This document shows, piece by piece, positions 50,801 through 63,667 of a DNA stretch of 64,000 bases. Both the position numbers and the translations under genes were made by a program. Below the pieces are notes generated by a model. The model saw nothing but the letters and a program-made list of their open reading frames with translations, did not search any database and was not told the DNA's origin. Source of the DNA: Hormiphora californensis. Taxonomy: Eukaryota; Animalia; Ctenophora. The DNA lies in assembly GCA_020137815.1 (NCBI GenBank), contig CM035353.1, forward strand, positions 2,170,001-2,234,000, read 5' to 3'. Numbering within the stretch: the first letter of the stretch is position 1; each line of letters starts with the position of its first letter.

Positions 50801-51761
50801 TGGGTGGGGAGCGTGGGAAAGCCGTAAAAGGATTTATAAACGTAGCAGGGGGGGTAGTAATCCGCTTTGAAAAAGGCCCCCCGAGCGGGGGGAAAATTTG
50901 GATTTTGAAGACTAGATACCCCGTCGGACCCTGATTTACCGGGCAAAACCCTTCCCCGAGCATCCCGGTACATCGAGTCCGACTGTATATCGGGTGCTCC
51001 TCAAGCTTAGGCCCTCGTTTATTCTTTATTCACCCTCATGCATCAATTTTTACTATTGCCATGGTAACTTAGACTGTATCTATGTATAACAATGAAGACG
51101 GAATCGCTAAAATGTGTTCTAAAATAATCACAAACTCTCAAAGCGCAAAAGTGTAAATTACAGCTTTACAGCTTTGGTCAGACCACATAAATGTGTTGAT
51201 GAAGAAGCAGGCTGATCACTAAACATCACGCCGAATCAACGGCGACTTCGACGCAACAACCCTGTTTTACAATAATTATAGAGATGTTTATCATTACGAG
51301 CAATGATCGGTTATTGTAAAGCTTTTTTTACTGTTCCGTGCCTCACAAAACACAAATTCGGGTTGGGTCGGCTTTCTGTTACTAGCCCCGAATATATACC
51401 ATGTATGTGGAACCCCCAACAAACAAACAATTATATGATATTCTCTGTCTGAACCATCAATTTTGATTGCAATATACTGTGTAAATAAAGGGTTCCTAGC
51501 GGTACCGGGACGACCAATGTAAAATTTACAAGGATTAATTAATTAAGGGGGCTAAGCTATGGTAAAACAGCAAATCCAAATAGGTGGATAAGCGAAATCT
51601 CAAAAAGCGGGAAACAAAAGATCAGGTAGCAACCGAAGTGAAAGCGTCAGCCCCGAGAGGAGGGAGGGGCACGCTGAGGAGGGGGAGGAGGAAGGAGAGA
51701 GAGGAGAGGGAAAAGGGGAGAGAAGAGGGAGAGGAGGAAGAGAAGCGAGAGAGAGGAGACG

Positions 51762-51797
<36 letters not shown>

Positions 51798-54423
51798 GAA
51801 GAGAGAGAGAGAGAAGAGAGAGAAAGAGAAGGCGAGCGAAAAGGGAGGGACCAAGGAGCGTCTCTCTCTCTCTCTACTCTCTCTTCTTTCTCCCTCTCTC
51901 TTTCTTTTTTCACCTCTCCAAGTTTTTCCATATATGATCAGATCACCCTCTGGTAAATAAAGGTTTGACTGTAAACTGAATTTATGTAACTCTCCTCCTC
52001 CCGCTAGGTTTGGTTCAGCTGCTCGGGCTCACAGAAGATCCTTGAGGGACCCGGAGAGCTGAGGTGTGGCGTGACTGGGTGGGAGGGGCATGCACCCATC
52101 TGTGTTGTTGAGGTAAATTCACTGTTAGTAATCATTGGTACATGATCATTGGTATTAAAATTAGATCGTTCAGCAGAGATATTTGAAACAGTACTATTGA
52201 ATAGTCTTCTAAAATCTACAGTCTTCGTTGTAGAGGATGTCTCGGCCCTGTTATAAGGGTCTGATATAACACTGTCTAGCGCCGCCGAGCGCCGACCCCA
52301 TCTGCTGAGTGCACTGTAGCAAATCAGGGTCTGGCACTACTAAAGTAAACCCCATTAAAAATAGACCTCACTTGAGTTTGTGAAATTATCCACGGCCATT
52401 GCTCCACCCGGGATGGACATTGGACAGTAGGAAGACGTGATACACAGTGATCTCGAAAGCTTCTGTCAATTTATTTGATTTAGTACCATTATATCGTTGT
52501 CTATCTTGTTAACCCCTTGATGAGACTTGCAATTAGGAGGACCTCGACATTATCTTCAAGTCTCTATCTCATCAGGGGGTGGAGCAATGACCATGGGAAA
52601 TTTCACAAAACGCGAGCGAGGGCTTTGTTATTGGGGTTTCCCTTAGTTATACAGGTTGAAGGTTTCGTATCACAGCGCTGGCAAGCGCCCCGGGGCCAAT
52701 CCCATGCCAAGAAACACAATTGAGGTGGAAGAAGTAGCGCCAGCGGTACACAGGGGGTAACCTTACACCCTGAGAACAGAGGGAGATCTAGCAGATAGCT
52801 GTCAACGCCCTCCCCCACCCCCACCTACGGGCCAGCGCTTATATACTTATTATACAGATGGGCCATTTTCAAGCGGCTTAAAAACATACTTCCATAATTT
52901 TAATCTAGCTCAAATTTTGTATTAAGAGTTGCCAACTAGGGAACTTTGTTGTGTAAAAATTTCACGCTCCTAGGGTTTGTACTTCACAAGTTATGAAGGG
53001 CTCAAATTTCGGTCATTTAAGATATATACATCGATCGATAGATAGATACAGATTTTTGCGTCAATCTTCGAAACACGATTTCTCAAAAACGGTAAACAGT
53101 AGCTGCACAAAACAAAAAACATCTTTTAGTGCTAGTGCTTGACCGTGTTTTAAAGCGAGATGGTGTAAATTGGTCTATTATAACAAGAGTTATGACGGTT
53201 TTAAATAATTAAGACGATTTCTAAGAAACACGATTTCTCAAAAACGGTAAACCGTAACTGTACAATTCCAAAAACATCTTTTAGTGCTAGTGCTTGACCG
53301 TGTTTTAAAGCGAGATGGTGTAAATTGGTCAATCATAACAAGAGTTATGACGGTCTTAAGATTTAGGAAGATTTTCAATATATCTCGATTCTCGAGTGTC
53401 TACCGATTTTAGAAAAACTTCTGGCCGGCTCAATTTGATCGAGAAATGACTATGTCTGTGGTAAAACCAAAACACATGATACTTGAACCAAAACCAAACA
53501 CGTTTGGTGGATTTCCCGGGGCAACAGAACGTGAAACTTTTATATCGAAAATAAATGATATGGAGACTCCCGGGGGCCGGGGTGCTGTCAAGTCCGCTAT
53601 TCACAAACTGTCCAATCACTTCTTAATGAAAGAAAACAAATAAAAGTTGTCTCGTTGCATAAAACACCTGAGTTTTCCTTTCAATCGCCAGTAACAGTTT
53701 TCCAAACTGTGGTCATTCCTATGAATAGCGGACTTGACAGCACCCCGGCCCCCGGGAGTCTCCATATCATTTATTTTCGATATAAAAGTTTCACGTTCTG
53801 TTGCCCCGGGAAATCCACCAAACGTGTTTGGTTTTGGTTCAAGTTGTTGGAGCTTGAAATACTGCTCAGCTCAGTTTTGCTATTGGGTATTCTACAGTTT
53901 TTCTGTACAGCTGGTATGTAATTATAATTCTCCAATTTAGTATATGACCCAATACTGCCACATATGCCGTTACTTGCATTCCATATAAATAATTCATTAA
54001 TTAATTTATAATGCAAATGCCCTGTCTTTTTCTTTTCTTGAGCCATGGAGTTGAATAATATTATCGAAATGTAGGCGGGCCGTTTGTGAATAATAAAGTT
54101 GCCTTGTTCGACCCTCCATTCCCCTACAAGAACCAAGATTTAGTATGATAAAACAATATTGGTATAGATGCAGGCACTATCTGATGAAGGTGGTACTAAT
54201 GACATGTGTATTAACTTGTTCGAGTTACCCATGATATACACTATGTGGTACTGTAACTCTGCAGCATAGACTAGCAAAGCTGCTGCACTAAGCTGCAGCT
54301 CTGTTGATTGGCTGACGAGGTTCTGTACGTTGCGTCTGCAATGCAGTGCGGTAGTTAAATACGCTCTAATTCTATTTGCAAAATGAAAAGGCATTTGAAC
54401 GATATAATATAGTGTCTCTCTTT

Positions 54424-54498
<75 letters not shown>

Positions 54499-54827
54499 CT
54501 CTCTTTCTCCATCTCCCTTTCTTTCTAACTGCTTCTTCTTTTGTCTCCCCCTCTCTTTTTCTCACTATTTCTCTCCCTTGTCAATTCTTCCCCACTTTAT
54601 TTTCCCCACTTCTGTCATTTGCATTTCCGGTCTTCTTTCGAAAAATTATTCGACGCACCATCCCCTCATATCTGTCATAAATCCTTCTTTCTCACAATTA
54701 AAAGTTTACCACCATGCCTTCTCTCTCTCTCTCACTCTCTCTCACTCTCTCTCACTCCCTCTCTCTCTCTCTCTCTCGTTTTCCGGTCTGTGCAGCAGTG
54801 GAGTAATGACGCACTGTAACAAATACG

Positions 54828-54895
<68 letters not shown>

Positions 54896-57800
54896 ATCTA
54901 TCTCCCTAACTTTTCCCATTCTCTTTCATTCTTCAAAAGTAAATAGTTTTTAGCAGTGTTCTTGTCTCTGTAGTTGCACATGATAGGACCACGCACCCTG
55001 ATCCCATGGCTGGTCTTCTTCATATTCACCGTTGTAAGGACAGAAAAGTTCTTTCTCGGTCGAGGAAACTTCAAACGTTCTGATCTTTTGGTGAGAGATA
55101 TTTTTGTTGTTTCCTCGGTGTTGCTTATATTCCCCTTTGGGTAAAACAGTTTTCCATTAGCCCCGTTTTATCATATCATATCATCCCTACTAAAATATAG
55201 TTCGACGCGACGCGACGCGCGATCGATGAACGATCGATAAACGATCGATAAACGATCGATATCGATCGTTTATCGATCGTTCATCGATCGCGCGTCGCGT
55301 CGCGTCGAACTATATTTTAGTAGGGATATTATTATGATTACAGTCGGACCCCGATTTAGGGGCCCCCGATTTAGTGGCACCCCGATTTAGGGACAGGATT
55401 TTTTTCCCCCGATATAGGAAATTAACCTTATTTGACCCCGATTTAGTGGACACCCCGATTTAGTGGACAAGAGCCTTTCCCCCGAGGGTGTCCCTAAATC
55501 GGGGTCCGACTGTATTATGTTCGCAAGTTCGGTTACGTATTTAAGTTCGTTATATTAGATAGAAACACTTTGTTGCAGTCCCTAATGGGGGGGGGGGGGG
55601 GGTATTCCAACCTATTTTTGGTATGTCTGTTAGTAATACTATGTAGAACCCCCCCCCCCCCCCCCCCCCCCCGAACCCATTAATTTATAACCATCACATT
55701 GTTTCAGTCCCCCCCCCCCCAGAACCCATTAATTTATAACCATCACATTGTTTCAGTCCTGTCCCGGACTACCTGCAATAGAAAACGGTAATGCAGTGTC
55801 CACTGGAGTTACCTACGGGAAATTTGCACAGTTTACATGTGATGAAGGATACCAACTTGAAGGTAGATTTAAAAATTATACATACTAGAATTTGAATCAC
55901 TCTGTTGTGACGTGTAGTTATATTTTAGAGAAGAGATATCTCCAGAGATCTGTTCTTTGTAACTATCTATACAGACAAGTGGAGAGGTTTCTAGAAAGCT
56001 AAAGAGTCAGATATATGCCTCTATTTAGTCTTTTGTAGAATAGGGGAGAATATTCTAAACGGCTAAAGAAGCCGCTCCCTTGTGCTATTATAGAACCACA
56101 GGCATCACACCTGCTTGCTTATTGTTCTACTTAAAGTACCTCCCTCTTTAGCCTTCTGGCAGGGGTAAATATTTAAAAGGTGTGCCCAGCTTTTAATTTT
56201 GAAACTTAAAATAAACTAACAACCGGGGTTGAGATTAACAGACTTCGTTGATCCTGATTTACTGGATATTTGGTGAAATAAGATCGGAGGTAAATTTCTC
56301 CAAAAATCCGTAATAATGTTACCTAGCACACCTATACTTCCTTGTTTCACAGCCGAGGTAATGGGAAACCGGAGCTAAAACTGCATGCTGACACAACGAG
56401 GGTTAAGGTACCAAACTTTTCCGAAGTGCACAACGGTTGTGGCTACGAAATTGTTTTATGAAACTAGCAAATGTCCCTCTCGAAGTTCAAAACAAACACT
56501 GCACCATGTGTTTGCTTCAAATCGTTACACCACTTGCACAAAGTTAGTGAATAGTGACACTTGTTGAGAAACCCCTAATACTCAACAATCTACCGCTGAT
56601 CAAACTTCCCATGATAGTCCTCGGCCCGATTGGGGGATAAAAGTCGTGCCTGATCAACAACTGTCCCCCCCCCCCTAATGACCAAACTGCACCCCTCACC
56701 TCCCATGACCTCACCCGCTGCAGAAAAATGTACTCACTTGTTAGGATCATCTCGATTCTCATACCTAAAATGAAAGATATAGCCAGTAATATGCAATCTA
56801 CAGGAGGACATATGATATTATATTATAGATCTCTAATTTATAGTGTGATTGTGCTGTCTGAAAAACAATAAAACTCTTGTTATGTTCTAACCCTCCTTTA
56901 CATATTTTGTAAAGAAGTGTGGCACGCGAAACACAGTCTAGCTAGGCAATAAAACTCTATATTGCACCGTCCAAGGGTTTTGGTAGTTGCCAACCAGAGC
57001 TATATTTCCAGTGACAACCGCGATAGATGCTATCTATATCGGTCTCCCACTGAAACACAATGCACTAGATGATAAGTCAAGAAGTGCTATAACTTATTAT
57101 TAAATATCCGATTTGGCCTGACATAAACATCGTAATTTTTATCCATTCGTTTTATCCAGCCTCTAATCTACTGGTGTACCAATTTATTGACAGCACTCAG
57201 AATAATCATGAAACAACATGACGTATACATCACTGTTTTTGGAACGATATATATCTTACCCAAAGTGCATAATAGCAATACTCAAAGGATCGTTCCCAAC
57301 ATCCATCAACACAATCCTGCTCATTTGATATTTGCCTGTAGTCTCGATTCTCCTGGATATCTCCACCCATTATGTCCGTGTTTTGAAGCGTACATTTTTG
57401 TACTCCATCATCCGTCAGTATGAGAGTACCTGTGATAAATTGTTGCGTATCAGTACTAGCTGGGTGAAAAGGGTAAATTAGCTCTATCGAGAAATATATA
57501 GTTGCTGGTTTGTTTGTAAAGTGAGGTAGTCTGAACACTTACTGAATGATAGACACAGTGTCGTCGGGAGGAAAAAGGCAAAAAGCCCTACAAGCATGAA
57601 AGCCATATATTTCACACTGCTGAGAACTACTGAGAGAGTTGCATTATGTAAGGGCTGTCTGGTGATGCATTATTGTGTGTATTCACTTTTATATTATAAA
57701 TTATATTCAGTGGCACACAATTTTCGCTAAAAATGAAAAACTTGATGATATCATATCAGCTAAACAGATATCGATAAATAGACGGTCCTTCTCAGGCAGA

Positions 57801-60800
57801 TTGCTCGACCTTCAGGATGGAGATGAGCTGTCAGAGAATTGGCCTGATAGGGGTAATGAAGCATGTTATGTTCTAACCCTCCTTTATCGGGGGGGGGGGG
57901 GTCAGAGCATTGGCCTGACCTTATTCTCGCGTGGGGACTGTCAGAGCATTTCCCTGACAGGGGGGTGAAACAGGGTCGAGCAAGGTAAGATTAAGTACAA
58001 AGTCAGAGCTGTTCATTCTCAGCGATCGAAGACAAAAAGGGAGAGAAAAAACAGCGAGTGCTGAATCCTGTAGCTAACTATAGTTCGGACTTCAATGGGG
58101 AAAACAAAAAAGGAGAGAAACAACAGCAAGTGTCGATTCAACACTGTTGAATCATAGTTCTTCAATGGGGAAAACAAAAAAGGAGAGAAACAACAGCAAG
58201 TGTCGATTCAACACTGTTGAATCATAGTTCTTCAATGGGGAAAAACAAAAAAAAACTCAAAGCTAGCTAATCGTTGGAGCGATTAGATCAGCTGTTTAAT
58301 TTGTTTCGCCCTGTCTGTAGACAATGCCCAGACATCAATATAATATAGAACAACAAGAGGGAGGGAAATGTTTGCAGGAGGATGATGACAACATAGACTA
58401 TCGATTATCAACACGTGCTGCTGTTGAACACGTGTTGCCGAATTGGGAATTGAGACTCCAATTCTTTCAGGACACACCCAGAGTTAACTATAACTCCATG
58501 AATTCTTTCAGGACAGGAATTCCTGGTATGTTTGGGTACACGCTGGAGCTATGAGTTTCCCCGCTGTGTGAAAAAGGTACATTCATAGTCAACTAGGACA
58601 GTGTGTTTTGGAAAAAAAAGTATGAATAATTCAAGTTACACTCTTATAAGCAAAAAATCAGAAAACATTCGTTGTCCTCTTTGATTTTCAAAAAAGTAGT
58701 CGATTTTGATGGATGATGGTGACGAATTTTCAATTTCAGGAGATGTCGTGTCCTGCACTGATGTTATCAGAAAATCTTATAGCTAACTCCACAGAAACTA
58801 GTCCTGGGTCGGTGGTGTCATTCTCTTGCTATAAAGGTAACTGATTAACCATCTGACTCATATCCCAATGCAATCTCAGATACACAGCTAGTGAAATCAC
58901 TACCCGAAACATATCCTTTTTTGGGTTTAGTGAAGCTCCTCAAAACCCAAGTGGGCGCTTGGTAATGAAATTACCCCTCCACGCCGCACAAGCAATAGTA
59001 GGGGTGACTAGGGGGGATTTTAGATTGAAGTTAATACAACATTTCCTGTAATACCCCACATTATATGATTGAATATAATAGTACTACTATATCACCAGGT
59101 TATGAAGTGGTGGGTGAATCAAGAGTGGAGTGTCATAGCAACGGTACATGGTCAGCCAGTGTTCCTAACTGTGATTACATCCAATGTCCCACACTACCAG
59201 ATATTATACACGCAGTGGTGACCTACTCGTACGTCATATACTTTCTTATAATTCAGATTTAATAAGTTGTCTAGTATAATTTCACTTTAATTTCAATTTT
59301 CAATTGGTTATTTTCGCGAAAAAATGGAATTTTTTCAACATTTTTTCACACCCCTAGGGACAGTGGCCGGTATGTAACGATATCTTGTGATAGCGGCTAC
59401 AATCTCCTGGGTGCCTCTCAGCTTCACTGCAATGAAAATGGGACATGGGATACGGAGAGTCCTCAGTGTCTCGCCCCAGCGTGTGAGGTAATATACCATA
59501 TATGGGCATGTGAGTGTGAGGTAATTCCATATATGGGCATATATCATATCTCAATGGGGGCGACTCGCTTTCCATGTCTGTTCCACAGTCTCTATCCTGT
59601 AGTTCTGTGGACCACAGAACTACAGGATAGAGCTTGCTGTTTAAGAAAAGATGAAACAGAAATAATACTATCTCCCCCTGCAGCTGCCTGTTGTTGACAA
59701 TGGACGATGGTACCGGTCTACTGACCAGAATCTAGCAATGTTGGAGTGCTTCAGAGGTATGAGATGGAGACAGAGTGAGATGGAGACAGAGTGAGATGGA
59801 GACAAAGTGAGATGGAGACAAAGTGAGATGGAGACAGAGTGAGATGGAGACAGAGTGAGATGGAGACAAAGTGAGATGGAGACAGAGTGAGATGGAGACA
59901 GAGTGAGATGGAGACAGAGTGAGATGGAGACAAAGTGAGATGGAGACAGAGTGAGATGGAAACAAAGTGAGATGGAGACAAAGTGAGATGGAGACAAAGT
60001 GAGATGGAGACAGAGTGGGATGGAGACAGAGTGAGATGGAGACAAAGTGAGATGGAGACAAAGTGAGATGGAGACAGAGTGAGATGGAAACAAAGTGAGA
60101 TGGAGACAAAGTGAGATGGAGACAGAGTGAGATGGAGACAGAAGGAGATGGAGACAAAGTGAGATAGAGACAGAGTGAGATGGAGACATAGTGAGATGGA
60201 GACAAAGTGAGTTGGAGACAAAGTGAGATGGAGACAGAGTGAGTTGGAGACAGAGTGAGTTGGAGACAAAGTGAGATAGAGACAGAGTCAGATGGAGACA
60301 AAGTGAGATGGAGACAAAGTGAGATGGATACAGAGTGAGATGGAGACAAATTGAGATGGAGACAGAGTGAGATGGAGACAAAGTGAGATGGAGACAAGGT
60401 GAAATTGAGACAGAAAGAGAAATGCGAAAAAAGAAAGGGGCAGATCCCTTGATTTGCGATCGGCACGTTCACCCCAGTTCTACTAGTTAATATTAATGAT
60501 GATATGACTTAATGGGTCCTCTATAACACTATCTCTCTGTTCAGGGTACCGTGGCCAAGGAGACATGGAAATTTATTGTCGGTCTGATAAGGACTGGTCA
60601 GATGGTGGGTCATGTGTCCGAATCACATGTCCTGCTCTCGAAGCTGTTGAGCATGGAACTGTGTCAGGCGGGATGGTATTATCAGTTATGTGGATGAGAG
60701 TGTCAGTGTGACATGTCAAGACGGGTAGGTGAACTTTACTTTGCCTTGCCTTGTTTGACCCTCTCTCCCCACACGCTACACCCTTAGGATAATAATTATT

Positions 60801-63667
60801 AAGGCGGACTGTACTGCGCCATTCAAATGAATTTGATAGCTGGTGTCCAGGAACCGAGCAATCAGAACTCGTTATTTAGGTCACGTGACTGATTATCAGC
60901 CAATCAGGGACCAGTATTTCCTGATTCGTTCGGTGGTGTCACATGCCCATCAAATTACAGGTACACAGTAACGGGTCACTGGCAGCTGCGATGTCTTCAC
61001 GATGGAAGCTGGGACCACCCCCTCCCTCAGTGTGCCAAGACATCCTGTCCCGTCCTACCTCACATACCCAATGGATTCTACAGTTCTGATGGGTGTGTAA
61101 CTTTAACCGTTAGTTGTTTTCTATCAGGAACCGACCGGACCAAGTAAACAACCAATCAAGATTATCGTTATTTAGGTCACGTGATTGGTTATCAGCCAAT
61201 CAGGGACCCGTATTTCCCGATTCGGTCGGTTCCTGTTTTCTATTCGATATATACAGTTAGATACCGATTTAAGTAACCCCCAACCCGGCCCCCAGGTTAG
61301 ATAAGGGATCAACGGTTGTTGTGACGTGTGACTCTGGGTTCGTTATTGCTGGTACCCCCTCCCTTACTTGTACAGATGCAGGTAACACTCCTATAAGCGG
61401 ATCATCGGGAAGGTTCATCATTTGGATCTTAACATTCCTTCTTGCATTCCTGATCCATCATGGACCAAATGGGAAGCCATTACGATAAGAAAAGGAGAGT
61501 TGTTCCGCTCCCTAACCACTGTATTTTATCCCTCTCCCTAGGTGTTTGGTCAAGTGAGGTACCGCGATGTGATCTGTATGGGTGTGTGGCACCCTACCTT
61601 CCTTACAGCACCCTCTCCCCAACTGTTATCCTTCCCCTGGGCGTCACATCTCAGATCACCTGTCAGCCCGGGTACAACGTTATGGGGCCCGACACCATTA
61701 GGTGTCTGAACACTGGGCATGTGGAAATTAGTGATGAGAGCATGTGTGTTCCTGTTACATGCCCCCTTTTCAAGGTATGTGTGTACCTGTTACATGGCCC
61801 CTTTTCAAGGTATGTGTGTACTGTGTACCTGTTACATGCCCCCTTTTCAAGGTATGTGTGTACCTGTTACATGCCCCCTTTTCAAGGTATGTGAGTGTAC
61901 CTGTTACATGCCCCCTTTTCAAGGTATGTGTGTACCTGTTACATGCCCCCTTTTCAAGGTATGTGTGTACCTGTTACATGCCCCCTTTTCAAGGTATGTG
62001 TGTGTACCTGTTACATGCCCCCTTTTCAAGGTATGTGAGTGTTCCTGTTACATGCCCCCTTTTCAAGGTAGGGTAAACCGGGGCAATTCGAACAACTGGG
62101 GCAATTCGAACATAGTACTGCCCGTCTCTCACCTAGTTAAGCTATCATAATGACGTCATCCTATCTCCAGAAGAAAACTGCTCGTTCGAGCCTGCCCGTT
62201 ACCACTAAATAGGCTCTAGATCCGGTTTAAGTTGGTCAATTTCCGATTTGAAAAAACCAGCTGAAAGCTAATAATATCAGCTTTCAGATGGTATAAAAAT
62301 TATTTAAATATTCGCATGTTTTCATTCCAAATTCTGGTAAATTAAGATTACCGGGGCAATTCGAACAACCGGGGCAATTCGAACATGGGCAATTTGGTTA
62401 ACACACCGGGGCAATTTGGTTAACTCCCGGGCCAATGATGTGCAGTTCTTTGTACCACGTGATCACGCGTGATACCGGGGCAATTCGAGCAAGAACGACC
62501 AGCGTGTAGATTGCGTGTAGATTACATTGTTCGAATTGCCCCCACCTCTAACAACACCAGGCGGGAATCTTCTTCTGGTGTTGTGAGGACGTTCACGTGA
62601 CTCCCACGTGACGAAATAAAGCACTCCTATTGGTGGTGCTCGAATTGCCCCGGTACCAATTTTTCCGACCAAAATTTTTCAATTAGTTATTTAGTTAAGT
62701 AAATGATGGTCCCTATAGTTGAAATTTATCTTATTTGAAAGATAAAATAATGAACTTTAATCCTATATAATTTTTTTCATTGAATCTTTTTTTAAATGGG
62801 AGTGAGAACCGATTAAGTAAAAAGTTAACCATTTTGCCCCGGTTTACCCTATGTGTGTACCTGTTACATGCCCCCTTTTCAAGGTATGTGTGTACCTGTT
62901 ACATGCCCCCTTTTCAAGGTATGTGTGTGTACCTGTTACATGCTCTCTTTTCAAGGTATGTGTGTTACCTGTTACATGCCCCCTTTTCAAGGTATGTGTG
63001 TACCTGTTACATGCCCCCTTTTCAAGGTATGTGTGTACCTGTTACATGCCCCCTTTTCAAGGTATGTGTGTACCTGTTACATGCCCCCTTTTCAAGGTAT
63101 GTGAGTGTACCTGTTACATGCCCCCTTTTCAAGGTATGTGTGTACCTGTTACATGCCCCCTTTTCAAGGTATGTGTGTACCTGTTACATGCCCCCTTTTC
63201 AAGGTATGTGTGTGTACCTGTTACATGCTCTCTTTTCAAGGTATGTGTGTTCCTGTTACATGCCCCCTTTTCAAGGTATGTGTGTACCTGTTACATGCCC
63301 CCTTTTCAAGGTATGTGTGTACCTGTTACATGCCCCCTTTTCAAGGTATGTGTGTACCTGTTACATGCCCCCTTTCCAAGGTATGTTTGTTTCGTATAAT
63401 ACCCCCTTGTTCCATACTACTACTTTGTGTGTGGCTACCCCCCCCCCCTTGTTCCATGCACCAAGATTGCACTCCATCAGGTTGAGGGTGGTGAAGTGAG
63501 AGCGGACGATGTAATGCTAGGAAGTGAGATAGAGGTAGTGTGCCATGAGGGATTCAAACTCGTCGGTGGACCTCCTCGAGCTACCTGTGGAATTGGTGGA
63601 GTGTGGGGTGATATCGGTAGTTGTGAGATAGTGAAGTGTCCACACCTACCAGAGCTCATAGATCATG
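44818..63667 (+). CDS. Large extracellular protein with TSP1 and at least 10 sushi/CCP domains (partial, continues beyond window). Confident exons: 44818-44968, 52008-52112, 55757-55862, 58740-58836, 59099-59228, 59358-59487, 59684-59756, 60545-60724, 60961-61092, 61296-61381, 61542-61774, 63481-63667; probable exons 48381-48497, ~49883-49969, ~56358-56435
   Basis: TSP1-like CGQRRLRVRQCDSPAP..CGG..RC..NGCP; repeated CCP pattern CP.LP..ENG...F.CD.GY.L.G....C..NG.W....P.C across exons with GT-AG borders; two apparent 1-nt frameshifts (~56378, ~60670) probably sequencing errors. Confidence 0.85.
48759..49695. mobile_element. Long (~940 bp) non-autonomous member of the CAGTCGGACCCCGATTTA family
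   Basis: TA|CAGTTGGACCCCGATTTAACGGC...GCCGTTAAATCGGGGTCCGACTG|TA. Confidence 0.8.
53481..53844. mobile_element. Foldback MITE with ~123-bp perfect inverted arms
   Basis: ACTTGAACCAAAACC...AAGTCCGCTATTCA (53481-53603) is the reverse complement of 53721-53844; adjacent ~130-bp direct duplication at 53070-53354. Confidence 0.8.
55185..55325. mobile_element. Second copy of the 141-bp palindromic MITE, opposite orientation
   Basis: Nearly identical reverse complement of 3549-3689; 2-bp flanking duplication AT. Confidence 0.8.
55341..55512. mobile_element. CAGTCGGACCCCGATTTA-family MITE (reverse orientation relative to the 7322 copy)
   Basis: Perfect TIRs, TA target duplication. Confidence 0.85.
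58090..58250. repeat. 70-bp tandem duplication
   Basis: CTTCAATGGGGAAAACAAAAAAGGAGAGAAAC...GAATCATAGTT repeated about 2.3 times. Confidence 0.85.
59760..60412 (+). repeat. 16-bp minisatellite (GAGATGGAGACARAGT), about 40 copies, in a sushi-gene intron
   Basis: Directly visible; begins immediately after the donor GT at 59757. Confidence 0.95.
61125..61235. mobile_element. hAT-like MITE, same family, in an intron of the sushi gene (partial copies also at ~29020-29090 and ~60848-60933)
   Basis: Perfect 8-bp TSD TTTTCTAT. Confidence 0.9.
61742..63385 (+). repeat. 35-37-bp minisatellite (ATGTGTGTACCTGTTACATGCCCCCTTTTCAAGGT), roughly two dozen copies, split by a transposon
   Basis: Arrays 61742-62069 and 62851-63385; first unit is the coding end of exon 61542-61774. 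Confidence 0.95.
62071..62849. mobile_element. 779-bp non-autonomous DNA transposon inserted in the minisatellite
   Basis: TIR GGGTAAACCGGGGCAA / TTGCCCCGGTTTACCC; TA duplication at the GGTA donor; internal GGGGCAATTCGAAC sub-repeats. Confidence 0.9.

Noticed and set aside
59668-60472. Long His/Ser/Leu-rich ORFs on the - strand
   Set aside because: Translation of the 16-bp minisatellite
61742-63385. CRISPR-like array of ~35-bp repeats
   Set aside because: Units are contiguous with no unique spacers, there are no cas genes, and the context is a eukaryotic intron
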